A DNA stretch of 61,245 bases, counting the filler, from Platydemus manokwari (lineage: Eukaryota), in assembly GCA_037951405.1 (NCBI GenBank). It is 5 parts of 5 records of this genome, joined end to end, with 100 filler letters (N's around TTAATTAATTAA, not from the genome) between each part and the next. Parts side by side here need not be neighbours in the genome. Positions count along the whole stretch, not along the records: positions 25,143 to 41,026 come from JBBMOY011230320.1; positions 41,127 to 52,086 come from JBBMOY011021079.1; 3 more parts are not named here. One strand, 5' to 3'. A model generated the notes under the pieces. It saw nothing but the letters and a program-made list of their open reading frames with translations, did not search any database and had not been told where the DNA came from. Each line of letters begins with the position of its first letter. The first letter of the stretch is position 1. The translations under genes and the position numbers were made by a program. Shown in pieces: positions 29,761 to 43,210 of this stretch.

Positions 29761-31759
29761 ATATACATAATTGATTCGGTCTCACCCATCTTCATTTAAT
29801 TATGAAGAAAAATTTTAAATGTTAATTTTATATTTACCATATGTCGGCTTTGAAACAAGAAAAGACATGAAAAAAATGAGACATTATCGTATTTGAGTAT
29901 AATATGGATCAGAATAACTTGAAAATTATGTGATTGTTAATATAATTGGTTAAATATGAATAACCTTTACTCTAAATTGATTTATACGTTGGCGCTCTAA
30001 ATTATACCTTTATAGTTTATATTAAATAATGGACATTCCTGATTTCTAAAGGTGTATAATTATGGATAAATATGAAAAGTTAGAATGTAGATTAATAATA
30101 AAATAAAAAATTCTATCAATAAGGTATAATAATTATTATTGATTCTAATTATGCAACAGATTTGCTAAATTACAATGATTAGAGCTAAGATCTTGATACA
30201 ATGCTATCGTTGGATAAAACGCATTCTTTAAATGAGAGCAAATTTGACAAATAACCTGGTAGAAACAATAACTGTTATTATATGTTGATACTATTGTTAG
30301 GGTTCTATTGCAATAGACCTAAATAATAAATAATGAGTTTCTATTATGACAATATCTGTAAGAGTACTAGTTTATTGAGTAACTTAAAGGTGTTTAGGTT
30401 TAAAGTCTTTGTGACCACAAATTTAGGTTCTCAATTTAGAGATGATTTTATGAATTATTTATGCTTTAGTTGAAATTGGTTCAATATAAAGTTTGTAAGG
30501 CGTGAATAGAGGCATGAATTAAATTTTGGATTATAAGGCTTTGATATAAGACAATCGATGAAAATTTCCCAATGTGTGTCATGTGGGTTTTGAAATAATG
30601 AATTCTTAATAAAATTTTGAATGACAACGATTAATGTTTGCAACACAATGTTTACAACACAATGTTTGTTTGAATTCGATTTCGTAATAAGAATTTAACA
30701 TTTAGTATGGTTCGGATGCAATGGTTTGTTTAATAAGCTTTTGTTATATGAATTTTCAATTGATGTAAGACAAGAATGGCTAATCTAAGCTAAATTTTTC
30801 AGCCTTCGCAGCTGATAACTTTGGAAAGAGCAAATGGGATTCACTAAATTATTATAATCGATAATCAATTGAGTGATCAACAAAATTTCACAAACGTCGC
30901 TTTTTAATATGTTGACCTTATATTTATATTGTTCTTTTAATTACATTTTTTAAAATTTTATTTCTTTGTGCTATTATTAGTATGTAGAATTACTATTTTT
31001 ATCTCATTATTTTTATGGTTACTATATTAGGTAACCAACATATTCTACTTCTATTAAGTGTGTTCCTTTAATTCCATTTTTAAATAAAATATTATTATTT
31101 GTATTTATTATTCCGGGATAAGTCAGTAAAATTTGGAAAAAAATTGATGTATGATTTATAGTTTATTTATTATAGGATTGTACTCAACGGTATCAGCAAA
31201 TTTTGAATATTAATAATTTTGTGAAAAATATTTAGTTTCTTTAATTAACATCTTGTGATTTATTTATTCCTATGGCTCTGTGCATAGTTCGTTTTAAGAT
31301 GTCGACTAGAAACAAAACATAATTGGTAAATAAAGTCCCTACTTCGACCCGTTTTTCAAATAATTAAATTTTAGGAGATTTTAAAATTCTAATGTATTTA
31401 ATATGTTAGCTGAAACAACTAAGATTCTTCTAAAGTGCATGAATAAAATATTCAAAATTTTTTAATGAAAGTAATTAAATAAACTATATAGATTTTTGCA
31501 ATACACTCAACAAATTTAAAATTTAATTATAAAACCACTTTTCTCAACTTCAGCCCAACATTTTATCTATACGTTGGAATATGACAGAAAGCAATCAATT
31601 CGAAGGACATTTGTGCATAAATACTTTCTATCTAAGGTGTTTAATTATTGATTGATTTGCATAAGTGTTTATATAACTTGTAAAATGTAGAGTTTGAAAC
31701 TCTTTGAAATGTGTATTTACGACTATGTGCATATAATATTATATGATGTTTCCACTATA

Positions 31760-32830
31760 AGCCTCGATTTCTGGAAATGATAGAGCTTTAAAATGGACTA
31801 ATGCATGCTCAGAAAGTTTTATGAAATTTCATACAACTTTGTGTGAAGCACCGATTGGGTTGTGACTGATGATTTTACCACTCAACAGCATAAGTTCTAA
31901 AGTAAAGTCTGTTTAACTTCAAGTTGTTAACACACAGAAAAATGAACACAATAATTTATTTATGAGATTTATTTATTTCAATCAAATTATTATTCGTACA
32001 GGTTAGCTAAGACTAAATTATTTTGCAAAACAAATTGGCTTGGTTATCTTGTGGTGAACGCAAGGACGCTACTATTGTCATTAATATTTTGACATACAAG
32101 AATTAATCATCATCTAAAATTTATTTTTCTTTTATTTATTTAATTTTATTCTACAAATTAGAGGCTTGATTTTCACCTTTTGATTCCTTGTATATCAAAT
32201 CATACTTCTTTGATGTAGTCTGATATCTTTCCGAATCTTACGACATTTTTCATTTTCAATGCACTGTGTGCGCTATCAATGAAACGTGTTATATCATCCC
32301 CATAGTACACTCTCCTTTCTATCTAAGTAGAGTACCAGTCTATCTATATTTTTCCAACACGCCCATTATGTGCTATCCTCTAGAAACAGAACATTAATTA
32401 TGGATTCTCACCAAAGGTTTGAAACAATTATTGTAGTGTCAAGTCTGATTACAAACGATGTATGGGAAGTAGCGATCACTTTTAGTTATCGATTGTTGAA
32501 AAACAAAGAACTTTTGGCAATTCAGTAATTCGTTATGCATTTCAGATTATATCTGTATGAGAAAAAAATTCATTGGACTCACGGATAATAAAGTATTCTT
32601 AAATTCAACAAAATCCAATTATTCCTTGGTTTCAAAGGAAATGATCGATCTATCGGAATAGGACTATGAACTACGATTGCGGAAAGGTGAAAGGCATAGT
32701 AACACGAACGGATTATCTCAAGTTGGCGAAGTTTTGTGCTCTCAATGCCAAAGCAAACACGATTTTACCAAAACTGAGAATGTCAAAACAAATTACTTAA
32801 CACAAATCCAAAGTAAATCAGATGAAAGAT
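31760..32830 (+). mobile_element. Ty3/Gypsy pol relics
   Basis: FKWTNACSESF...LCEAPI near 31790; KELLAIQ*FVMHFRLYLYEKK...TDNK; YELRLRKGERHSNTNGLSQVGEVLCSQCQSKH. Confidence 0.75.
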
Positions 32831-34371
32831 AGTGGAATATATATAATTATTTGCAACTCTTCCAAGACAATCAGAATATGACAGAGATTGTATAACCAGA
32901 AGCTCTTAGAAAAAAGTTAAAGATTATCTGAAAGTATTGGATGATACGGTAGTAATAGAAAAAGCGAATGTAAAAAGGTGCGAAATTCAGTATTTGTCAG
33001 AAGTTTAGCTAGCCTCATCAGAAACATTCAAACAAGTTGATAGAACGATTCATTAGAACAAGTTTAAACATGGCAGTCAAGTCGATAAAGAGGGCGTGGA
33101 GTGAACGAAATTGATTTGAACGCTTACCAAGAAAGGAATTTTCGATAAACGCCACTTGGCAGGATTCAGCAAAATTCTTTTTTTGAAATCTCTTTTGAAC
33201 GAAGGATTAGTCTCGATTCTGAAAATGGTTACACTGATGTACCGAAGCATATCATGAGAGAAATGGTTCACACAAATTCTAGACGGGTGGCAAACAATAT
33301 GTATACAAGTGATACCACGACAAGAGGACACCAAAAATTTTTAATTGAGAAGAAAGTATTAGTCTGGAGTAACCTCATTAGAAGATCTAAAGTGATTATC
33401 AGAACGAAGGTCGCAATGAAATCTGAGGTTTCAAATTGGAACGTCAAGCGGAAATTCAATTTTCAAAAGCTCAGATGAATTGAATGGCTAATGTGGTCTA
33501 GGTAGAGAGTCACGTGATCGCATGTCTTAATGTTCAGTTGTTTGATATTATTTTTGAATTTACATTTACTATGGCTGCAACCAATAATATCATATATGTA
33601 ATATAAAACTATAAAAGATTTCCAAGTCTTGTGCTGTAAACATAAATTGGTAAACAACTATCAATAAACTCTTAGTGGTGCCCAAATGCGATTAATAAAT
33701 TTAAGGTGTCAAAAGTGAATAGAAAAATCATATAGAAAATTTTTGATGATAGTGGTTTGACGAACTAAAAATTGCTCACGTTGCAATTGAACGTAAATGG
33801 TTCAATGAACGAATAGCAGTAATCCTTTGAGCCTATTAAATATGATTGAACATGTTATATATCCCACATAAATTTAATCGATTTTCAAGTAGATATCTTT
33901 TTCCAATGTTTTAGAAAAGTATACGAAAAGTTTAAATATATAAGGGGCCCTAAGCTTGAATTTTATTGGAATCTTTCGAATGTTTATTCTTAATAACTAA
34001 GTCTTATGTGGTCGTAAAAATCTGCCTGGTTGCCATGACTACAATAAACTGATTGTGAATATTGTGATTCGTTGACTTACGGGTTAAATAATGGATTTTA
34101 ATTAGTTTTGATTTGTGGATTGAAATATCAGAAATATATTTCTATTAATTTGAGTGGATAAGTTGGAATCATTCCATATAATATGCTTTGATGATTGGAA
34201 AAAAATATAACAACACGAAACAAATATATGTATTGTTAATAAAATATTGCGCTGTAAAAAAAATCGGAACTCACAAGCATAAACTAGTTATGTGCATCAG
34301 AATTATAAATCAATGATATGTTCCATTATGAATAAAGCAGAAAGATATGAATCGAAGAGGTACTACAAGTC

Positions 34372-37300
34372 TCATCTATCAAATTGAGCTAGTTCGTCTT
34401 TGGGATCGGTTTTATCGTATCTCGGTGATTTTCTCATTTCATGTTCCTTCGATTTTTCATCGTTAACCAATGGCTTCTTTTTCGGAGCCTTCATTCGCCA
34501 CTGAACAACTGGTGTCTGATTTGCAGACTTATATTTGGTGGAAGCAATGTAACTGGCTTTTACGGTTTCAACAACGGCTGCCATCAGATTTTTACTGGAT
34601 TCAATAAGTGATGTAACAGAATCGATCTAATGGGTTTTGTCAAAGAAATACCAAATGATAAAGTTAACTCACTCCAGAAACAATTATTTCTCCACTAACA
34701 CTCTGCACATCAGCTTTGACTCGACTCGTTATTTTTAGCTGATGACAATATAAGGTTACTCGTTCCATATACTTTTCCAAATCAGATTTGTGTGCCGAAT
34801 TAGGGCACTGGCTGGCAATTTGTGATGCGACATTATTGAGTTGATTTCCACATTCAGATATCTTTCCAGCAACCTGATTGGTTTGTTGTTTTTAAAGAGG
34901 AATACCAAAATAACTTTAACAATACTTCAATAACGTCCATCGTTGTCTTGAGAGACCCCTTTCCTCGAGTAAAATCTGTCATATCCATCATTATAACACA
35001 CATTTTCTTGGCCAATATCACAATATCATTGGCGGTTTCGTCCCATTTAGTCATTTCATGCATCAAACGTTTCCGTTGTTCAAAAAATCCAGCCATTTCT
35101 CTATCGATAATTTCTTTGTTTTGACCCGACAAAATTCTCATCATTGCTCTTTCAGATTTGACTTGATCGATGTGAATAATCTGGTCTTCCTGTGCATCTG
35201 GTAAACAACAATATCAAGGGGAAATATATTGATTATATGAAACACAAACTAGAGTTACTGAAAATCATCGATAAAACCGGACAAAAATAAATCCCAAATA
35301 ACCATTTAATACAATCCGAACATAGCAATGAAACAACATTAGACGACAAACAAATCGAAAATGAAAACAATTTATTAATATGAGTCACGGGAAAATGGGG
35401 ATAATTTATTGAATAATATAATGAAATATTTTTATTATTATTCAGATAATACAATTATATTAATCAATAAATTATAATTATTTTATTATTAGTATAAAAG
35501 ATTATTTTTTCCGGCAGTATAATACAACACCAGCTCTGATTGGGATGAGAAAAAATTCAACATAATTTCGCCTTTGTTGGACTTTGATCTGAGATTTAAT
35601 ATCAAAATCAGTATAAATCTTTCCCTTGTATTTTCCTGCTGTTTCCTTATTATTTCTATATTACGATTCCAAATATAAGACGCCATTGACTAAAAGTATT
35701 ACCTAGAAGTACCACCTGTTTATCAATAATATATAAAAATACAACTTTAATGGATAGGATGTCGAATCATAGATCGAAAATTCCAACATCTAAAAGATTC
35801 GAATATAAGATAAATTATATTTCTGGACAAAATCTTATTATATTCACAATAATAGGGTAACAATTATTTTCAATATTGCAAGGCAAAATCTATTATTTAT
35901 TAAAATATATTTTCAGCCAATAATATCTTTTCAGTTTCGAAAATTCTTTCATTTCCAGATGGGAATTCTTAGATTTACAAAACCAAATTTGATGCATCAT
36001 ATACCTGTCTTCCCCAGAATTTACATCTTTAGGCTATCTAGTTGACTCAACGATATAATTTCTGAAGTACTTCTGAATTTTTCTTTCAAAATTCAGAAAT
36101 AGTTTTTCAAAATCAATTATAAATCAATTAATTACACATCTTCGAAAAGATGCTTAACTAGTACATCCCAATCATATGTTATTCAAATATTTGGCACACT
36201 AATTCGATTATGAACAACACGGAGTTAAAAATTAGACATTAAACATTCTACAGAATTAACGAATAGATCGATATTATGAAGCAAGCAATTTCATATAAAC
36301 CAATAAAATTCATTTCACCCAGTTACCTGATGATTCTAATTCAGAACTATTATCTGAACTCGCATCTGATCAAAGAGAAAAAAATATGATGTTAAAAATA
36401 TTTTCAGTCAATAAATTAAATATGGAAACCAACTTCCATGCTCTGCTTCCTCGACAATGTCTGTCTCGTAGCCACTTTGATCTCTACCGAATACTACAGA
36501 CTTCCAAATTTCACGAACACCATCATAGATTTCGTTGACAACATCACGGAATTCCATTTCATTGATTTTTTCTCCTTTTCGCATTTTCTGAATGCAACTT
36601 TGAACTAACTTATCAAATTCAGGCATGGCATGTTTCTCCAAATCTTCAAGATTTTCTTCAATGCGCGTTCGATATTCGGATTTACGAAAATTTTCCATTT
36701 CTCCATGAACCGCTTGACAAACTCTATTTACTCGCATTTTGAGCATGGCGACATTTTGACGAAAATCGTCAACTTCTGCAGCCTTTTAATATTAAGATAT
36801 AATAATAAGATAAAGAAAATCAAAATTTATTCGATCTGGTCGCTCACATGCAAAGTCGTATTAGAATTTTAGATTCATGTTCAATGCATTAATAAATAAA
36901 TATTTATTTTCATGTATCCCACAAAATCAATATATTTAGTTGCTTAGATTCGAATTTTTTCACTAATGGAATTCCCAAATTCGAGCGTTAATTTCATCAA
37001 ATTTTCTCTAAGATTTCTTCACATTTCTAATATGATGAGGCAGACGTTTTGTTGTCTTTCCTAAAATAATCTGACATATTTTTCAAACGTATCCCATTTC
37101 CCAAACAAAACTATGGATAATTAACTATACAATGCATCAATCCATAACGATAACTATTTCCAAAAATCCCATTAAATAAATTTATAGGAGTTTTGTTATT
37201 TTTTGACTATGATAGGCTCAATTGTTTTAATTTAGCTATTTGTGCCGGGTAAGACAAAGAGGCTTCTTATTTGATCTTATCTATTTCTAATAATTTGGGA

Positions 37301-40281
37301 TTAATAAATATTGTCGTGGTGAAAATACCACGTACGTTACACGCAATGTGTGAAACCGGAAAATACATCGACGTAAAACGGAATGAATCAACACCTTGGG
37401 TGAATATATGAGCTCATAGCTACTGACATTGCTGTCTGCCAATTAATTAAATGTTTCATTAACAGGGAGTATTTTCAGAGAATCTTTTATCACATGGCCA
37501 CATCATCAATATAAAATTTTATTACGCAACACGTTTGAAAAAAATGCGGCTCTTAAATCACGTCAGAATTCTAAATTAGATATCAATTTCTTATAACAGT
37601 ACACAAACACCTATTCAGCCTGGATAGGAAAATCAGAAAATTAGTTATTTACGTTATATATATATGTGTGTGTGTATATAAAATCAATTAATCAACAAAA
37701 CATCGATACCTTAGCGGACTTCAAACATTCCTTGATATCCTCTTCCACATGACCATTCATCACAACTAAATAATCCCAAATATTTGTGATGTTATCTACA
37801 GCTTCAGATAATGTTGCTAAACAACTTGAAAAGGTTGTTTTGAAGACTTCCATATTTTCTTGAGCAAACTGTAAAAATCGATATAATGAGAATGACGACA
37901 ATCATAGAATGGGAGTTAAAATGGTCCAGAAAACATGTAAATCTCAAATAAAATGGTTATGAAATCATTATTGGATCTGTAAAAATTGATAGAATCAATA
38001 TAATAAGAATGACGACAATCATAGAATGGGAATGAAAATGAGACTGGAAAACTTAATTATCTCAAATTAAATGTATATGAAAATCAATATGGGATCCATG
38101 TTTCTCGATATCTTTTCTTGAATTATTAAAGATGTAAATTGTGCTTCTCACTTAGACAAATCAATAATTATTGCCATGTGTGTTCGTCACACAGCTGGTT
38201 GAATTTTCATTTATCTTTAGAGAATGTGATCAAACTAGTTAATAATATTTGAATTAAATATTATACTGTAACCTATAAATATAATTGTAAAGGTCAAAAG
38301 TCGGTACTCAAAACACTCATTCATCAACGGAGCTAATCATAAATATAAAATAAAATTATAAATAAATTCAGTATTTTTATTTTAATTATATAAACAGCCT
38401 TCTAATATGATTAAGGAGAAATGAGAATGGCAATATATGTGAGGAACATATATATATAAAAATTGAATATAAATAGTAAAAATCTTGTTTGTTCTCAACA
38501 ATTGATAGGTTACTCTTAATCATCATGTTTATCCGGATAAACACCGGAGGATTGATTAGCAGGCAGCGTTAATTGGTAAAGTCATTGGCCAAATAAAAGT
38601 GGCGATTCAAGAAAATTCAGATTTCTAATGTTATCTCATCGACCAATTGGCAACTGGACAGCATCATAGAACACGGGGGTTGTGCGAATTTTAAACTTTA
38701 TATATAATTATATTAATTTGTTGATATCATTGTATTTAAATAGATAATTTGCTGTTGTGATTGTTCAGTTCGTTTTTGATGAGTTTTTTTTTATAAAATC
38801 GTAGCGGCTTGAATGGCGACCACGCAACTGGATTCGATTCTGAGAAGATCAGTGAGTGAAAATTATGGAAAAGAAGGAGTAAGATGTTGTGGCCATATAG
38901 AGAAGATATGAAACGTATAGAAGGATTAGAGATTTTTATGTAGATAAATATGTAGAATATTCGATACAATGTCTATTAAGAACACAAAGAAAATTAAAGA
39001 TTTTAAAGAAAGAGGCATTGGGAGAATTTTAAACAAAATTAAATTTTTACCAATTTAATTCAATATATAATTTGCTGTCGTGATTGTTCAGTTCGTTTTC
39101 GAGGCGTGTTTTATATAATAGTAGCGGCTTACAGGGGTTATGAAAACTTAACCATTAAACATTGTTTCTCTACGATGGTCGATAATAGTACATTTCTTCT
39201 TTTTAATTTATGAGTCTGATGTTTTTGGGGGAAATACTGGATAATGTTTTGGAAATTCAAATATTCTATCGAACACATTCAATGACAAACAATCGATAAT
39301 ACTATTCGATCCCCACTGAAGAGGATTCAAATAAAATTAATAAAAATTATAAAAAAAAAACAATTGATTAAGATTTATAACCTTCGAAGATGGTCTCAAA
39401 ACCAAGACTCGAGCAGCATTAATAACCTGTGGACATAATTGTTCTACTTGATTGGCTGATAATCTGACAATTTTTATACCTTCAAGATTTTGCGATATCG
39501 AGCAAGCCAAGTTGGCTACTTCCACAAATTTCTCAACTGTTTCCTATGGATCAAGAAACATTGGTTGTGAATGTCGTAGCAAATTCCAATCATACTTTGA
39601 AATACGGACTGACCGATTCCACTCGATCTTCATTACCTGATCGAGCAGCTTCAACAAGCATCTTCAGAGGCTCTTGAATATCGATAAAAACATCCGAAAC
39701 GTGATCTGCTACTGCTCTTCTTAGATCGACTCGTAGCTTTTCAGTGCTCTGAAGAATATTAGATTGGGCAGCACGTAAATCGTTAGGAGATGAAGTACCA
39801 TTAAGCTGGAACGTGTAATATCAAGACATATTTTTTCAATGAAAATCCATAACTAACACATCCTCTGTAGGTCTTCAATAAATCCTGCAGATTTTTCTCA
39901 GCAGCTTTGCTGTTATTTAAAATTCCTTGCCTATGCTCATCTCTGGTACATGGAGACATAGCGAGTATATTAGAGTCGTTTAAAATTCTTTTAAGGCGTA
40001 TTGTTAAATTATTAGCTTCCCCTTCATCGAATTTTTCCAATTTCAAAATAGCTAAGTGCTATATTAAGTAATGAGAGACCATAAATTAAATCTTTCTTTT
40101 AACTTACATCGAAATCATCTATCGCTCTAGCCAATTCACCAGGTTTCTCATAGAAGTTTGGAGTACTGGGTCCTATGCCTTTATTAGCTGTATTGATCAT
40201 TTCAACTGCATCACAAACGGATTTTATTACAAAATCACGATTGGCTTTCGCTGATGCCAGTTCGGGATGCCGAATGTATGC
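34372..40281 (-). CDS. CTNNA: Alpha-catenin, 5'-truncated (about the first 220 aa absent), multi-exon
   Basis: Spliced: AYIRHPELASAKANRDFV...GELARAIDDFD, LRRAVADHVSDVF, EVANLACSISQNLEGIKIVR...LCPQVINAARVL, KWDETANDIVILAKKMCVIMMDMTDFTRGKGSLK, NLMAAVVETVKASYIASTKY, WRMKAPKKKPLV. Confidence 0.97.
37869..38098. repeat. Tandem duplication (about 108-120 bp x2) covering an alpha-catenin 3' splice site
   Basis: CTGTAAAAAT.GATA...AGAATGACGACAATCATAGAATGGGA...ATCTCAAAT.AAATG...GGATC starts at 37869 and again at 37977. Confidence 0.9.
38745..39133 (+). repeat. Two copies of an approximately 66-bp interspersed repeat; third copy at 60960-61023 (-)
   Basis: TAATTTGCTGT.GTGATTGTTCAGTTCGTTTT...AAT.GTAGCGGCTT at 38745 and 39068. 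The reverse complement of 60960-61023 reads AATTTAGTGCAGTGATTTTCAGTACGTTTTC...AATAGTAGCGGTTTACA. Confidence 0.8.
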
Positions 40282-40954
40282 CTGGATAACAGATATAAAT
40301 TCAATACAAAGGATACTTGATAGGGAACAATAGAAAAAAATCCCAATAATATCTCATCAAACCTATCAGAGTCGATTTCTATAACATAATAGAGAATTCA
40401 GAGTGACGGATAAAAGTGAATATCCTACTTGAAAGGAAACCTTCAAAGTGATTGATATGGCTTTGTAAATCGACCGATAGGCTAGAAAAAGTTAACCCCG
40501 GATATTGTAAAAATTATTGTGTTGAGGTGAATTACTCCAACGCTAGTTAGAAAATAACTCAACATAATTCATATGATATTGGCTATAGTCACCGTATGTT
40601 ACGATTATATTTTATAATCACGAATTTAATTATTAATTATATAATAATTATTATACTTATTATTATTATTTTAGTTATTGAAAATATTTTTTTATTAAGT
40701 CCATTTATATTGATTATTATTGTTAATAAAAATCATTACAAAAAAACAATTACATGGGGTAAAAACTAAATAAAATTTTAATAAAATTCAATATTTTGCG
40801 GACACTATTGATATTTCTGTTGTTAATTCTTAAATTAACTACTTCACAAATAATTGAATAAATAATTGATTTGATTATTATAATCAATTGACAATATTTT
40901 ATATACATATCGATTAATTATTAAGTTAATTGATTGTAAATATCGATAATTATA

Positions 40955-41026
40955 TATTAGGCTGAGTCAAAAGTTATTCATGTTTTTTAGTTGTTTAAAG
41001 TTTTTGTTTTACCAAATCATTTAAAC
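40955..41026 (+). mobile_element. Possible mariner-like TIR at the contig end
   Basis: TA|TTAGGCTGAGTCAAAAGTTATTCATGTTTTT resembles mariner TIRs (TTAGGTTGGTGCAAAAGTAATTGCGGTTTT). Confidence 0.45.
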
Positions 41027-41149
41027 NNNNNNNNNNNNNNNNNNNNNNNNNNNNNNNNNNNNNNNNNNNNTTAATTAATTAANNNNNNNNNNNNNNNNNN
41101 NNNNNNNNNNNNNNNNNNNNNNNNNNTTCCTCATCATTATTTAAATCTT

Positions 41150-43210
41150 CATAAATATCCTGTTTAAATAGAATTAAATAATAGAAAACAAAATCCTAAA
41201 TAAATTGTTAAAAATGGTGCTGAAACATAATGAGCAGGATCTTAACTTCTTTGATTTATATAATTAATTCTGAAATATTCAATTTCGTCAGCTAATATAT
41301 TTATGGCTTGCTTTAAATATAGGGTTGTGTAATCCTATAATGTTCGAATCTATTCCAAATATCTTGATCTCTTTGATATTCTTCTGTTATTCCTCCAAAA
41401 TTTAGTTTAGAATCAAAACATTCTATTGTTAGTAATCTAGTTTCATTTAATATTTCAAATAAAGTTAGATAGTTATAAGGAAAAATTCCTTTCTCCCTAA
41501 TAATTAAAATTGTTCAGAAAATCTTTTCCATTCTAAGTTCGTCATATTTCAATGATTTATTTATCTGATCTAAAGAGTTTTGAAAAATCCTTAGTTAGTC
41601 AGTAAATATAATACACCCATTATATAATGGAAAATCTTTTGGTTTCCTTGCTAATAAATTATATTTGTCACATGCAGCCCCTCTATAATTATTTTCTTTG
41701 AGATAATGATCATGATCACTAAATTTATCACCCGAAAATATTTTATTACAATAAGTACAATTAGTTGAATTATTAAAATTTACATTATTTTCCTCAATCA
41801 TATTAATTTCAAATTTTGATTTTAGTTTTTCATGAAATCTATTTTCATTATCAACTATCTATTGGACAAACTCTTGCATACAATTATATCATTATTCTAG
41901 TATTCTATTTAATCTGGGTACCTTGAAATTAATTTTAAATAAGTACAAGAAGAAATATGATTGCCTATAATTTTTATTGCTTTACCTTTTGATTTATTGA
42001 TTTCTATATTAACACATTCAATATTAGCTACTATTATAAATGGAATTGGTATTTCATGGTTATAGTTTTTAAATTTTTAAATATTATTTTGTTTACTTGC
42101 CATAATTACACCTGTTATGTCCGTACCATCTTTACCACATATTTTTCGATCATTAATAAAACCACTTTCTTTCACAAAATATGAACAACATTTATCGCGA
42201 ATATTCAATTTTTCATCTGATATTAGATTATAATTTAATTCTCCACTTATTAATCGATTGAAATTTTCGATGATTGCATAATGAGATATGCCATTATTTT
42301 TTAAATACAAAAGTTTAATATCTTGATTATATTGTTTTTTCTTTAAAATATAGATTGGGAAAAATCTATAATCTTAATGTAGGTTTCCTTTACATTTATC
42401 ATTTATTTTAAAATTATTGTTCTTCTCAAATTTTTTATCTCATTAATGAGTGTTGGAAATGTTATTCCACTTATATTTATTTTGTCAAAATGTTTGGTGT
42501 ACTGACCCGGTCTATTTGGACGTCTTTTTCCCATCAATTTGATATAAATGAGCTAGTATTGAATACAAGAAACATTTCCTGTCATAATCTTCTACATTTA
42601 CTATATAATTAGAGACAAAAGGTAAAGGTACATAATTACTTCCAGATAACTGATTTATCTTTAAAATGTTTATTTTTAGGTTTCCTAATTCAAATATATT
42701 CCAAAAACACCTTTAATCTTTAACAAATCATCGTCTTATTTCTGGGGAAATCTTTGATTTCTTCTAATAACTGATCTTCATTAATTGCATCTTCCCCTAT
42801 TTTTAGTGTTTGATCAGAATATAATACTATTTTAATATAATCATATGTATTATGATTTATATTTTGCAGAATAATTTTAACATTTATTTGAAATTTAATA
42901 TTTGAGTATTTATTTTTGAATTCTACAATTTTTTCAGACTCTTCTAAGACATAGGGAATTATATATTTAGTAGATTGGGATTTTTTAATAATCTTATGGG
43001 TTTTGTAAATATCTTTTAAAATTTTATTGCTATTAATTGACTCTCCTTTATTGCCTTGGTAGACGAACTTTGTTCACGGTTTAAAACTGGGTACACACAT
43101 TTGCAATTTCATTAAATTTCTCCATGTGTTTTGTTGATTTTTCAACAACTTTAGAGCCTGAATTGTTTTAAAAGTTGAGTCATAAATTTGGCATTTATGC
43201 ACATTAATTT
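41150..43210 (-). mobile_element. Polinton/Maverick-type protein-primed DNA polymerase B relic with EndoVII-like insert
   Basis: GSNYVPLP...IVNVEDYDRKCFLYSILAHL, INISGITFPT...IKKFEKNN, SHYAIIENFNRLI, CTYCNKIF...SDHDHYL...YRGAACDKYNL, REKGIFPYNY, DPAHYVSAP. Intronless, with many stops and frameshifts. Confidence 0.85.

Noticed and set aside
35703-36040. Additional 13-nt and 22-nt alpha-catenin microexons
   Set aside because: They break frame or introduce stops; the 39-nt exon already splices in frame to the next exon.
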